Shown here: positions 37,507 through 47,300 of the stretch, in pieces
Numbering within the stretch: the stretch's first letter is position 1
How the letters are laid out: the number at the start of each line of letters is the position of its first letter
Virus record (IMG/VR): IMGVR_UViG_3300035676_000592
Location: 1 to 50,423 of that record
Direction: 5' to 3' (one strand)
From: a virus
Lineage: Duplodnaviria; Caudoviricetes
Length of the DNA stretch: 50,423 nt
The notes under the pieces: model-generated
Seen by the model: only the letters and a program-made list of their open reading frames with translations
What the model was told of the DNA's origin: nothing
Databases searched by the model: none
Translations under genes and position numbers: made by a program

Positions 37507-39128
37507 TCCAAAATTTTTAGATACTCTTCTTTTATTTGATTACAAACATTTGTGGAATAATATTTGGATATATCTGTTGGTGGTTCAAATTTATTCTTTT
37601 CTTCAATATTTCCCAGTGAATTAACTTTATATATCCAAGCCGGTTTTCCTGTCATCCATCCTTCGATTGTGGTTCTACCCAATTGAATTCCCGCGACTTC
37701 TTTACAATTTTGAATATATTTTTCTGTATTCCATGTTGAATGGAAATATTTAACATGAGGATATTGTTGAATTATTCCCAAGTAGTTTGATTTATCTTCT
37801 CCAACTAACCATAGTTCTAAATTTTGTTCTTCAGCATATTCCACCAAATCCATTATGGTTTCTTTCCTCAAATAATCTATTGTTCCTACAAAAAGTATAT
37901 AATTACCTATTTTATCAGATGGTTTGAATTTTTCGTTATCGACAGGATTATAAATTACTTCAATCTGATTTTCATCAATTTCAAAATCTTCAATTAAAAA
38001 ATCCTTAATTTCAGGTCTGATTGCAATATATTTTTTGATTGAATCATGTTTTACAGGTTCTTCTAATGAAATAACTTCAGAATGGATAGTATATATCTTT
38101 TCTATATTAGGATAAAACTGAATGATTCTTTTCGCCACTGGTTTATGCTGAATATGAATAATATCAAAATCAACTTCTTGCATTTTATACATCATATTTG
38201 GAACCGATGCTTGAAATCCATTACCATTGTCAAATCCCCAATTTCCATCACCAATTTTATATCCCGGTGATTTTTCAAACGGGAGACAACGAATTCCAAT
38301 CTTTTGTGCCATGTCAGTCAGTGGACCTCCAATTTGTGATAACACAGTAACCTCACAATCCAGTTTCATTAGTCCTTTTGCAAGTTCAAATACATAAATT
38401 TCAGAACCAGTAAAAGTTTTAAAGTTTAAACAAGATATTAAAACTTTCAATTTCTTTAGTGGATTACGAGGAAGTTTTATAGGTAAAAAACTATCATACT
38501 TTTTCTCAAAAATTTGTCTGTTATTTTCCCATTGTTCATTGGTTTGCCCAATAGATTTATGGGTAATTCTGATATTTGTAATTACACCTACTTTAACTCC
38601 TTCCAAATGATTTTCCAAACAGAAAGGAATATCATAGAAGTGGAATCCTTCAAACTCTTCTATGAAATTTTTCTTAATTCTTTTTTTGCTTACAGCGATA
38701 AATAAACCATCTACAATTACTGTTTGGAAAACAGAATTTTGGAATGACTCTGAATATTTGGACTCCCATTTTTTACCTCCATGTTCATGATTGACAATAC
38801 CAACCATTTTTCTTCTATCTTCCCACCATCTACCACTTTTTGGTAAATCAGGAGTTCCAGCAACACCTAATATTCCGAAATCAGTTTTTTCAAAATGTTT
38901 CATTAATTTGTTATACCAACCAGTTGTATCAAAATAAATGTCATCGTGACACAACACAACTATATCAGTTGTCGCCTCTGCAAGAATTTCATTATATACT
39001 TGTGGTAATGATTTCTCACCATTATTAATTTTCTCTATAACCTGAACTTTCTTGAACCCTGAACTTTTTTTCAGGTATTCTATAAATTCTGGTTTTGTTT
39101 CTCTTGTTGAATATCCAATAGTAATCAT
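37503..39128 (-). CDS. Bifunctional GT-A plus GT-B glycosyltransferase
   Basis: N-terminal VLCHDDI...VDGLFI...FHFYD; C-terminal TGSEIYVFELAK...VIYNPVD...GRTTIEG. Confidence 0.8.
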   Translation of the reverse strand: MITIGYSTRETKPEFIEYLKKSSGFKKVQVIEKINNGEKSLPQVYNEILAEATTDIVVLCHDDIYFDTTGWYNKLMKHFEKTDFGILGVAGTPDLPKSGRWWEDRRKMVGIVNHEHGGKKWESKYSESFQNSVFQTVIVDGLFIAVSKKRIKKNFIEEFEGFHFYDIPFCLENHLEGVKVGVITNIRITHKSIGQTNEQWENNRQIFEKKYDSFLPIKLPRNPLKKLKVLISCLNFKTFTGSEIYVFELAKGLMKLDCEVTVLSQIGGPLTDMAQKIGIRCLPFEKSPGYKIGDGNWGFDNGNGFQASVPNMMYKMQEVDFDIIHIQHKPVAKRIIQFYPNIEKIYTIHSEVISLEEPVKHDSIKKYIAIRPEIKDFLIEDFEIDENQIEVIYNPVDNEKFKPSDKIGNYILFVGTIDYLRKETIMDLVEYAEEQNLELWLVGEDKSNYLGIIQQYPHVKYFHSTWNTEKYIQNCKEVAGIQLGRTTIEGWMTGKPAWIYKVNSLGNIEEKNKFEPPTDISKYYSTNVCNQIKEEYLKILE

Positions 39129-39724
39129 GACAAACCAGTTGAACCAAATCCATTATCACCTCTATCTTTCGGATCTAATTTCTCCACCTCCTCAAAAACA
39201 ACATATTTACCATTCACCACTGGACATAAAACACCTTGAGCTACTTTGGTCCCTTTCTTTATAGAAACAGAATTTCTACTTGTGTTAAAAAGAATAACTT
39301 TAATCTCTCCTGTGTATCCTTGGTCCACAGTTCCAGGTGTGTTCAAAACAGTTAATCCTGAATTTAGAGCAAGTCCACTTTTTGGTCTCACTTGTAATTC
39401 ATAACCTTCGTCAAATGATACCTTTAATCCTGTTGGAACCGCATATCTACCCAATGATTCAATTTCAATATCTTCAGTTGAATATAAATCGAATCCTGAA
39501 TCTGTTGGATACACATATTGTGGTGTAATAGCGTCAGGATTAATTTTCTCGGTATAAATTTTTTTTGTTTTATACAACCTATCCATTTGTTCTGTGATTT
39601 CAGATAAATCACCATCTAAGAGACCATCTAAATCTCCAAGGTCATTATAGAAATCAATATTTGATTCATCCACAAGTTGTTGAAATTTTTTTTGGATTTC
39701 CTCCCATCCTTGATTATTACTCAT
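39125..39724 (-). CDS. dut: dUTPase (trimeric)
   Basis: SGFDL, QVRPKSGLA, GTVDQGYTGEI and RGDNGFGSTG. Confidence 0.95.
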   Translation of the reverse strand: MSNNQGWEEIQKKFQQLVDESNIDFYNDLGDLDGLLDGDLSEITEQMDRLYKTKKIYTEKINPDAITPQYVYPTDSGFDLYSTEDIEIESLGRYAVPTGLKVSFDEGYELQVRPKSGLALNSGLTVLNTPGTVDQGYTGEIKVILFNTSRNSVSIKKGTKVAQGVLCPVVNGKYVVFEEVEKLDPKDRGDNGFGSTGLS

Positions 39725-40422
39725 ACTAATTTTGTTAATTTTTTTATTACATCAATTAAAACTAAAACATCTTTTTCACAATATTTTACAATACCTTGAT
39801 AATCCTTTTTAACCCAATATGCTTCATGGACTTTATTACCTGTTACCTCCATTGTTTTGGATGATTCAACACCCAAACAAACACACATCAACTCCAAAGA
39901 TGCAATCGACCCATAACCACCATATTGCCAAAGTTCTTTAGTATCAAGAGCTTTAACCTCCCAAGGTTTGGTATCGTGACCTGGTAAAATTTTTGGAGGC
40001 ATAATTCCATTCATAATCATCCTTTTTGCCAAAACAGGAATATCAAACCCTTTAACATTATGACCACATAACCAAAATCCTAATTCACCAACTCTGAATA
40101 AAAGTTTTTGAACCTCCATCAATAATTTCTTTTCATCAAAATCGCTGAAGGACTGAATTTTTGTTTCACCATTTTCAGTAACAAAGGCAACACTAACACA
40201 TGCCACTTTAGAAAACTCTGCAACCAACGCCGCTCTATTTACAAACATTTGTCCGACAGGTTTGTCAGCATCTTCAGGAAATCTTTTTTGGAACCAATCG
40301 AAGTAATTCTCAAATTGAAATGACAACGCTTCGTTCTCTTTAACTAAAGTTTCCCAGTCAGGTTGAACTCCAACTGTTTCAATGTCGATAAAAAGTAATT
40401 TAGTTAATGGTATGTTTATCAT
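39721..40422 (-). CDS. DEDDy 3'-5' exonuclease (PolB-exonuclease-like, stand-alone)
   Basis: FIDIET, GHNVKGFD and YCEKDV motifs. Confidence 0.88.
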   Translation of the reverse strand: MINIPLTKLLFIDIETVGVQPDWETLVKENEALSFQFENYFDWFQKRFPEDADKPVGQMFVNRAALVAEFSKVACVSVAFVTENGETKIQSFSDFDEKKLLMEVQKLLFRVGELGFWLCGHNVKGFDIPVLAKRMIMNGIMPPKILPGHDTKPWEVKALDTKELWQYGGYGSIASLELMCVCLGVESSKTMEVTGNKVHEAYWVKKDYQGIVKYCEKDVLVLIDVIKKLTKLV

Positions 40423-41633
40423 ATTAAAGATTTATAAAATTCTGAACGATTTTTTGTTACAATGGTTAAATCATATCTATCCTTTACGGTCTCATATAAC
40501 TTCTCACCCAAATCAACCACCAAGTTAGGATTTTTTTGTAATAAGGTAATATACTTCGCCCAATCAGAGTGATTTCTATTTTCTTCAACCAAAAGAGCGT
40601 TCCCACCTTCGATAAAATTACCGTTTTTAGTTGCGTGAATCAAATCAATTGTATATGGACCTAAATTAGATGCGATTATTGCCTTTTTATAGAAACCAGC
40701 CTCAATTACTTTTAACTGTGATTTTACACGGTTAAACATCGTATTTTTAATTGGAGCCAAAGATACATCAAATTTTGAATAATTCTTGGCATAAGATGTT
40801 ACAGGTTGAGTCCAAACTCTTCTATATGGTTCGTTTTCCAATTCATTATATTCATTTGGAGAGTATTGAAGTAGGAAATTCTTATAATTTTCGGAAACAT
40901 AAGAATATTTGTTCGTAAAAATACTTTCATATTTCGCCCAAACAGTCTCTTCAGGTCTGATATCTCTTTTAACATGTTCACCGGTTTGTTTGTTTATTTC
41001 AGTAACAGTTCCTCTTGTATCAAAACCACAAAGAACAAACTGTAACTTATCAACCATATTGTGTAATTTACCAAATGATTGGTCTAATAGTTGTAAATCA
41101 TGTAAGTGAGATGAACCACCTAACCAACCTATCCTTAATCTATCAGATGGTAATGTTGGTTCACAAAACTGTGATTCTTTTGGGTTTATCGCATTTGGGA
41201 AAATGAATACATTTTTATTGTATTTTTTTATCTCATCCGCAAATATGGTTGTTGTCGTAGTCACATATTTTGACACTTTAATATTTGCCAAAATTTTTTC
41301 ATTAATCTTATGGAATTTGATAATATCATGAATTGGGTGTTCTTTCCCTGGCATCCAATAGTCATCAATATCACATATAGTCGGAATACCTAACTCGTTT
41401 AATTTCTTTATAGTATCTAAAGACTTATCGAAGTCAGGGCCTAAACTTCTATGATATATAATTATATCATAATTTTTAAAATAATTAATGTCATTGTATG
41501 GGACTTCATAAATTATATCAACATGAAATTCATCCCCATATAAATTTTGAAGTGATATGTGAGGGTCAATTGATCTAAATTTTCCAACGCCGGTACGGTC
41601 ACTGGGGATACATAAAACTTTAATTTTTGTCAT
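40419..41633 (-). CDS. GT-B glycosyltransferase
   Basis: DIDDYW, IGWLGGSSHLHDL and FDVSLAPI...FNRVKSQLKVIEAG. Confidence 0.82.
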   Translation of the reverse strand: MTKIKVLCIPSDRTGVGKFRSIDPHISLQNLYGDEFHVDIIYEVPYNDINYFKNYDIIIYHRSLGPDFDKSLDTIKKLNELGIPTICDIDDYWMPGKEHPIHDIIKFHKINEKILANIKVSKYVTTTTTIFADEIKKYNKNVFIFPNAINPKESQFCEPTLPSDRLRIGWLGGSSHLHDLQLLDQSFGKLHNMVDKLQFVLCGFDTRGTVTEINKQTGEHVKRDIRPEETVWAKYESIFTNKYSYVSENYKNFLLQYSPNEYNELENEPYRRVWTQPVTSYAKNYSKFDVSLAPIKNTMFNRVKSQLKVIEAGFYKKAIIASNLGPYTIDLIHATKNGNFIEGGNALLVEENRNHSDWAKYITLLQKNPNLVVDLGEKLYETVKDRYDLTIVTKNRSEFYKSLI

Positions 41634-41700
41634 ACTTTTTAATTGTATTATTTAAGAAAATAAGGATTGGACATTACCAAGATTCCAAATTATTTTAATA

Positions 41701-41729
41701 ATAATACCTAAATTAGACAATTAAGTCAA
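41701..41729 (-). promoter_or_regulatory. Sigma70-like promoter TTGACT-N17-TATTAT
   Basis: Minus strand, between a terminator and the first gene of the GT/metabolism operon. Confidence 0.55.
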
Positions 41730-41765
41730 TTACGTTTTTGTCTTAAATTTAAAGTTAATAGGTAT

Positions 41766-41790
41766 AAAAAAACCCATCGGGAGATGGGTT
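41766..41790 (-). terminator. Rho-independent terminator
   Basis: Minus strand AACCCATC-tccc-GATGGGTTTTTTT at the stop of 41789..42367. Confidence 0.8.
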
Positions 41791-42367
41791 ATGCTATTTT
41801 TTTAATTTTTGTCACTTTACCTTCAAACTGATGTTTTCCTACTTTGAAGGTAAACACCTCATTTGATTTTTCTGTTGATTCTGTTATCAATCCATTTTCT
41901 TTCAGAACTTTTCTAACAGAATCTTCTATCATTTTTTGAATCAAATTGTAATCTATTTGTGAAGATGAATTAGAAACACTTTTTTTCTCAACCGCAGACT
42001 CAGGGATATAATTATTTGAATTACCTTTCATTAATTTAGATGCACGTTCAATCAAGTCATCTGATAAAGTTGCTTGTTGTGTTTGTGCTTGAGCAATTGG
42101 ATGTTCAATCATTAATCGTTTAATTTCATCAGGTAACTTTGAATTTTTAATTGCATCAACGGTTGGAACTCCAACTGGTTTAGTATTAGCCCTAACCGCT
42201 TCACTTTCTTGTATAAATTCCTGTGGTATATTATATTTGGCATTTGGGACATCAAATTGTTGTATATTCATTTTTGATGAAGATTCAGAAACCGAACCTC
42301 TTGTTATACCTTCTGATTTGTCCATAATGGCTTTCGCCATTATTAATTTATCCATTAACTTGTCCAT
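41789..42367 (-). CDS. Hypothetical protein with LxE motifs
   Basis: 192 aa; VSES, IQES and LKENGLITES. Confidence 0.75.
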   Translation of the reverse strand: MDKLMDKLIMAKAIMDKSEGITRGSVSESSSKMNIQQFDVPNAKYNIPQEFIQESEAVRANTKPVGVPTVDAIKNSKLPDEIKRLMIEHPIAQAQTQQATLSDDLIERASKLMKGNSNNYIPESAVEKKSVSNSSSQIDYNLIQKMIEDSVRKVLKENGLITESTEKSNEVFTFKVGKHQFEGKVTKIKKIA

Positions 42368-42370
42368 AAT

Positions 42371-42751
42371 TTAAAATTTACTTATAATAATAATTGAAGT
42401 CATGCTTTTGTCACCATTAGGATTGAAATTTGGTTTCATTTCTGTAAAATTTTCTCCTGTTGGTTTCATTGATAAAATTTTATCTAATCTAAACATTCTC
42501 CATCCGGGTAATGGTTTTTTTCCTAAATACCCCCTATGTGAGGCTCCTTCCATATCCCACGCTCTTAAAACTTTGTTACCTGCCTTACTGGTTCCTAAGC
42601 AAACAGGTTCGATTTCTCTTAAACCTCTACCTCCTGGTTCATCACCATCATAATAGATAATACACTTCTTTTTGTTTTTGATACAATCAATAACAGTTTC
42701 CAAAGAGGCAACTTCTACAATTAGTTCTTTAAGAGATTCGGTTAGTTTCAT
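42371..42751 (-). CDS. Stand-alone WYL domain protein
   Basis: IYY...REIEPVCLG...LRAWD...WRMFRLDKILS pattern; no HTH. Confidence 0.8.
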   Translation of the reverse strand: MKLTESLKELIVEVASLETVIDCIKNKKKCIIYYDGDEPGGRGLREIEPVCLGTSKAGNKVLRAWDMEGASHRGYLGKKPLPGWRMFRLDKILSMKPTGENFTEMKPNFNPNGDKSMTSIIIISKF

Positions 42752-43050
42752 TATAATGGAAAGTTAGGATAACCATTTGACGAGTTAAATTTATTAATTT
42801 TGACTTCATTCTTTCTTTCGAGAACATCATCAATTGTACCGGCTTGAGCATTATATACATCTAAAAAAACACCAGTACCTCTACCTAAACTATCTCCATC
42901 TGCAATAGCATCTTTATTAACTGCCGAATATTCATTACCAACAGCATTATAATCATTTCTTGGGATTAATTTCGATCTTTCTTGGTCCGCATAAGCAGTA
43001 AGTGCGTTAGGAATGTTTTGACTTAAATCTATTGAATATTCATTCGCCAT
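42751..43050 (-). CDS. Small hypothetical protein, possibly structural
   Basis: 99 aa with DGDSLGRGTG motif. Confidence 0.7.
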   Translation of the reverse strand: MANEYSIDLSQNIPNALTAYADQERSKLIPRNDYNAVGNEYSAVNKDAIADGDSLGRGTGVFLDVYNAQAGTIDDVLERKNEVKINKFNSSNGYPNFPL

Positions 43051-43054
43051 AGTT

Positions 43055-43531
43055 TTAAATTTTAGAAATTAGTTCATTTATTCTTCTGAGACTTTCGGTC
43101 ACAGCCGCATTATATCTATTCATAGTGCTTTGGTGATCTTGAGAAGGTCTCACATTCGTATAATTAGTTTTTTGGTGAGGTTTTATAAAAGAGTTTTGCA
43201 TACCAGCATTCATTTTATTTGTTTTGGTCATTTTATTATACTCTCTCATTTTTCTCAACTCATTGTCCACCCAATTTTTCATTTTAAATTCTCCATTCAA
43301 AATGAAAGGTGCGTCATGTTGATTACCTTTAAAATTATCAAAAAAATTTTTTATTCTTTTTAATTGTTTATAATCAATAAATGATTGAGTTTGCAATTCT
43401 TGATTTCGGTTATACCCCTCAACATTTTCATCAGCATCCTTCACTTTAGAGAAACAAATTTTTAAATGTTCTCTCATATCATCAGGAAATTCTATCTCCC
43501 CTTTGGATGTGTTATATAAATCTTTATTCAC
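43055..43531 (-). CDS. Hypothetical protein
   Basis: 158 aa ending in VTESLRRINELISKI. Confidence 0.72.
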   Translation of the reverse strand: MNKDLYNTSKGEIEFPDDMREHLKICFSKVKDADENVEGYNRNQELQTQSFIDYKQLKRIKNFFDNFKGNQHDAPFILNGEFKMKNWVDNELRKMREYNKMTKTNKMNAGMQNSFIKPHQKTNYTNVRPSQDHQSTMNRYNAAVTESLRRINELISKI

Positions 43532-44333
43532 TTTTTAACAATTTTATTAATTCGGTAATACTTATCCCTTCTTTATCGGCTTGTTTTTTAAGTGTTTTAA
43601 TATTTTTTTTCAGAATGTTCGTAATATCACTATCTTTTTTTGGTAGTTCATTATCTTTAGATTTCTTCTTCATAAGAATATCCTCTACCATTTTTATCAT
43701 TTTTTGTTTCTGAATTTCAGATATAGTCCCACGATATAGAAAATTCTTATCACCATAATAAGGTGATTTTTTATCTTTCTTACCTGATGGGTCTTTGCCT
43801 TGCTGTAAAGTTCTTTCTTCGGCTTGGTCAGGTTCCATATCTAATTCATCTGTGTAGTATTCGTAAGTATCTTCACCGTCCATATCTTTTGTCTCCTCAT
43901 AACCAAATGCGTCTGACATATCAACTTCACTTAATTCATCTACTGATTCTCCATAATATGTTCTATACCCTCTCGTTATTGGGTCGTTTGTGATACTAGC
44001 GGCTGCGACAGTTTGGTCCATAGTTTTTTTAGGATGAAGTCTCGGGTCCAAAATTGGAACTGTAGAACTCATCATCGTGCCGTCATCATCAACTAGTTCT
44101 TCTAAATTCTTTTTTAGAGAATTTGTCGATTTGTGTTTTTTATCCTTAATTATTTTACTGATAGCCTTTTTTATTTTGTCCAAATGTTTTTTGTCAAAAT
44201 GAATAACTTCATCTTTTTTTCTCGCTTCAGTTAAAGTTCCTTCAACTGAAAAATACAAAGAACACTTTGTTTCTTTATCTCTCAATAAAAAATAATAGGG
44301 TGATGAGTAAAATTCAGAATCAATCCTAATCAT
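43524..44333 (-). CDS. Hypothetical acidic/basic protein
   Basis: 269 aa with LTEA, LSEVD and ISEI motifs. Confidence 0.72.
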   Translation of the reverse strand: MIRIDSEFYSSPYYFLLRDKETKCSLYFSVEGTLTEARKKDEVIHFDKKHLDKIKKAISKIIKDKKHKSTNSLKKNLEELVDDDGTMMSSTVPILDPRLHPKKTMDQTVAAASITNDPITRGYRTYYGESVDELSEVDMSDAFGYEETKDMDGEDTYEYYTDELDMEPDQAEERTLQQGKDPSGKKDKKSPYYGDKNFLYRGTISEIQKQKMIKMVEDILMKKKSKDNELPKKDSDITNILKKNIKTLKKQADKEGISITELIKLLKSE

Positions 44334-44351
44334 TAGTCTTTATTTTATTCT

Positions 44352-44378
44352 ATAAATACTATGTTAATGAGTATTTAT
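44352..44378. promoter_or_regulatory. Back-to-back TATTTAT motifs; divergent late promoter candidate
   Basis: ATAAATACT-N9-AGTATTTAT inverted repeat between the divergent starts at 44333 and 44387. Confidence 0.6.
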
Positions 44379-44386
44379 CATTTAGT

Positions 44387-47300
44387 ATGGCATATCAAAA
44401 TATTAATCAATACAATTTTAGAAAATTTGGACTACTCCCTGTCCGAGAAATTACTGATATATCATTAGCATCGGATGAAAGGGATTTTGACCAAGAAGTC
44501 GTATTTTCCCCGTTATTAATTGGAGAATATGACGGCAATAGAATGCCCTTGAAGTTTGACTTTAACTCAACAGGAACAACATTAAGTCAAACCGGATCGA
44601 CATTCGATTATGACACAATTGTTTCCGAAAATTATTGGAACCCTACTGACATAGACCCAAATTATTGTCCGATAGTAACATCATTGTGTGATGTTGGATT
44701 AACCGGAATCGATAATGGTTTGGTGAAAAAAATGTCAGGTGAAACAATTGAAGTGTCAACAGGTTTATACACATCACAATCTGACAAATTCAACAGATAC
44801 AAATATGATAGGAGAATGAAATTACATCCTATCACTGGATTTACCACAACAGAAAACAGATTATTAAACGATAATTCATACACATATGACCTATCATATC
44901 AAACACAAAACAATGACATTGGATATTATGTAAAATTCAATGGAGGATTTTATCAAGGATTTTATAAGTTGGCGGGATACGATTATGAAGTATTACCTGA
45001 AAGGCCAAATTTAGGTTGGACTGCCGAATTTTTATTGAGATATCGATGGACAGGTGACACATCAGTTGGTTTGAATTACCGATACCCAAACAATAAAGGA
45101 ACTTTCTTCTTTTTAGGGGCTCGAGCGGAAAACAAATTTTATCATTATGCTGATGGTCATCCATTACATGACTCAGGTTATACTCGAGTCACATCAGGTT
45201 TAACTTGCATGCATACTTGTGGTTGCGCCTCTTCCGCGGCAACCGCATCAACATGTTTGGAAGTTTATCAGATTTCAGGAGGAACATCAAATAGTTGTGG
45301 ATGCTCATGTAATTGTTCTTGTCCTGTCGAAGCATTTTACCCTGAAAAAGATCCATACTATGATGGAATATCAAACGCACTTTCATTACGATTAAGTGGA
45401 GATACTGGAAATCCAAGATTATGCGTCAAAACTTATAGAATTACCGGTGATTGTGAAACAACGGGAACTTGCACCACAGGACTTACATACACAACAGGAA
45501 CTTCAATAACGGAATGGTGTTCATCAAAAGGCATCTTTGATTTATGTGATAACACAGAATATATTAATCTGGAACATTGGGTTCAAATAGATGCCGTGTT
45601 CCAAAGATACACATATTTGGAAGAATGTGACTTATTGGATAAAGGTGGGACGGGACTTATTGTCAGCACTCAATATACTGCAACATCAGCAAACAATAGT
45701 TTAAGTTTAGTAAACCCACCTCTCACTCATGACGAAGATTATGATCCAGCGACAACAGAAGTTGTTAAATTTTCTGACGTATGGATTGAAGAAAAAAATT
45801 ATAGGTTAGGGACCCTCAAATTTTATGTGAACGGTAGATTGTTCATGGTAGTTGAGGATTTTGAAGAAATCATACCAAGATTATTAAATGTCGAAAGAGA
45901 AAAACAAATTGGTGTTGGGTATAACATATCAATAGGTGGTGGAACACAAGGGTTACATGATAACCTCACTTTTTCAGGTGGATGCCCTGAAGAAATTTCA
46001 GAAATAGTCTACCAACAAGATCCAGAGTGTTTAACGACAAATGATTTAGACCAAACAATATATTCGGGATTAACAACAAATATTAAACTCGAAGAAGTTT
46101 TTGGTGGAAGTTTAATCGGCGATATCAGCAAGTTTCACATGTATATCGAACCATTAAATGCTTCACAAATTCGACATAACTTCAACATACAAAAAGATAA
46201 ATATGACCTCTTATACTGGGGATGTTATGATTGCACTATTGGAATAACACCAACACCGACACCTTCATTTAGTCCGACACCAACTAGAACTCCAAGTAAT
46301 TTAGAATGTTCTTTTTATACTGTTGAGGTTTTTGAATCCGATTTACAATCTTCTACGGGTAATACCATGTATATGAACAATTCAGTTTATGTGTCATATA
46401 ATATTTGTGATGGAATGTGTTCAGATGGTGTTTTCTCATTTCATGAACCACAAACATATTCTAATATTTTATGTGTATGTTCAGGATACTCACCTAATGT
46501 GGTATATTTTCAAAATGATATTCCTAAAACAGGTTCATCCTTTGCATACTCAAGTTATATGTCATGTATAACACCTACTCCAACATCTTCACAATCTCAA
46601 ACCCCAACCCCAACTCCAACATTAACACCTTCACCTGTATATTATTATTACTATTTATTAGATTGTAACCTTTCAAATAATAAAATTGGTAGAAGTTCAG
46701 TACCAAGTCTTTCAGGTGTTTATCTGGTAGATGTAGATAAATGTTATTCAATTGTCGGAATAGATTTAGGTCCAATCTTTGATTATGATTTGGACTCATC
46801 ATTATCTGTTTTTGATTGTTCAGATGATATTTGTTTTAACCCGTCTCCAACACCAACAAACTCGAACACACCTACTATAACTCCAACCCAAACATCGACA
46901 CTAACACCAACAATGACAGAAACCCCTTCCCCAACAATCACACCAACAGTTACCACAAGTCCAACCCAAACATCAACATTAACGCCAACAATGACCGTTA
47001 CACCTACGTGTGGAAGACCTTCAGGGTTATCACAAGGTTATTTAATTTCTCAAATTAATATTCAAGAGGGCGGAACTTGTCCGTCAGAAAATTTAGATAT
47101 TAAAAATGCTGCTTCATTATCTGAAGTCTGTTCTTCTTGGGATACATATCAAATCTGTATTTGTCAGGATATTGCTGGTCCGGTAGGATTTAATTCTTAT
47201 GATGTTGAATTTTCAAACATAGATGTAAATGAACCAGTATATTATGGATTTGGAAGTATAAATTGTAATTTAGTTCCTGACGGATATTATTTGTTTGTGA

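Noticed and set aside
30592-39128. Cellular O-antigen/capsule locus or host contamination
   Set aside because: The cluster is tightly coupled to phage-type phoH and dut, and lacks wzx/wzy/ABC export and any initiating membrane transferase.
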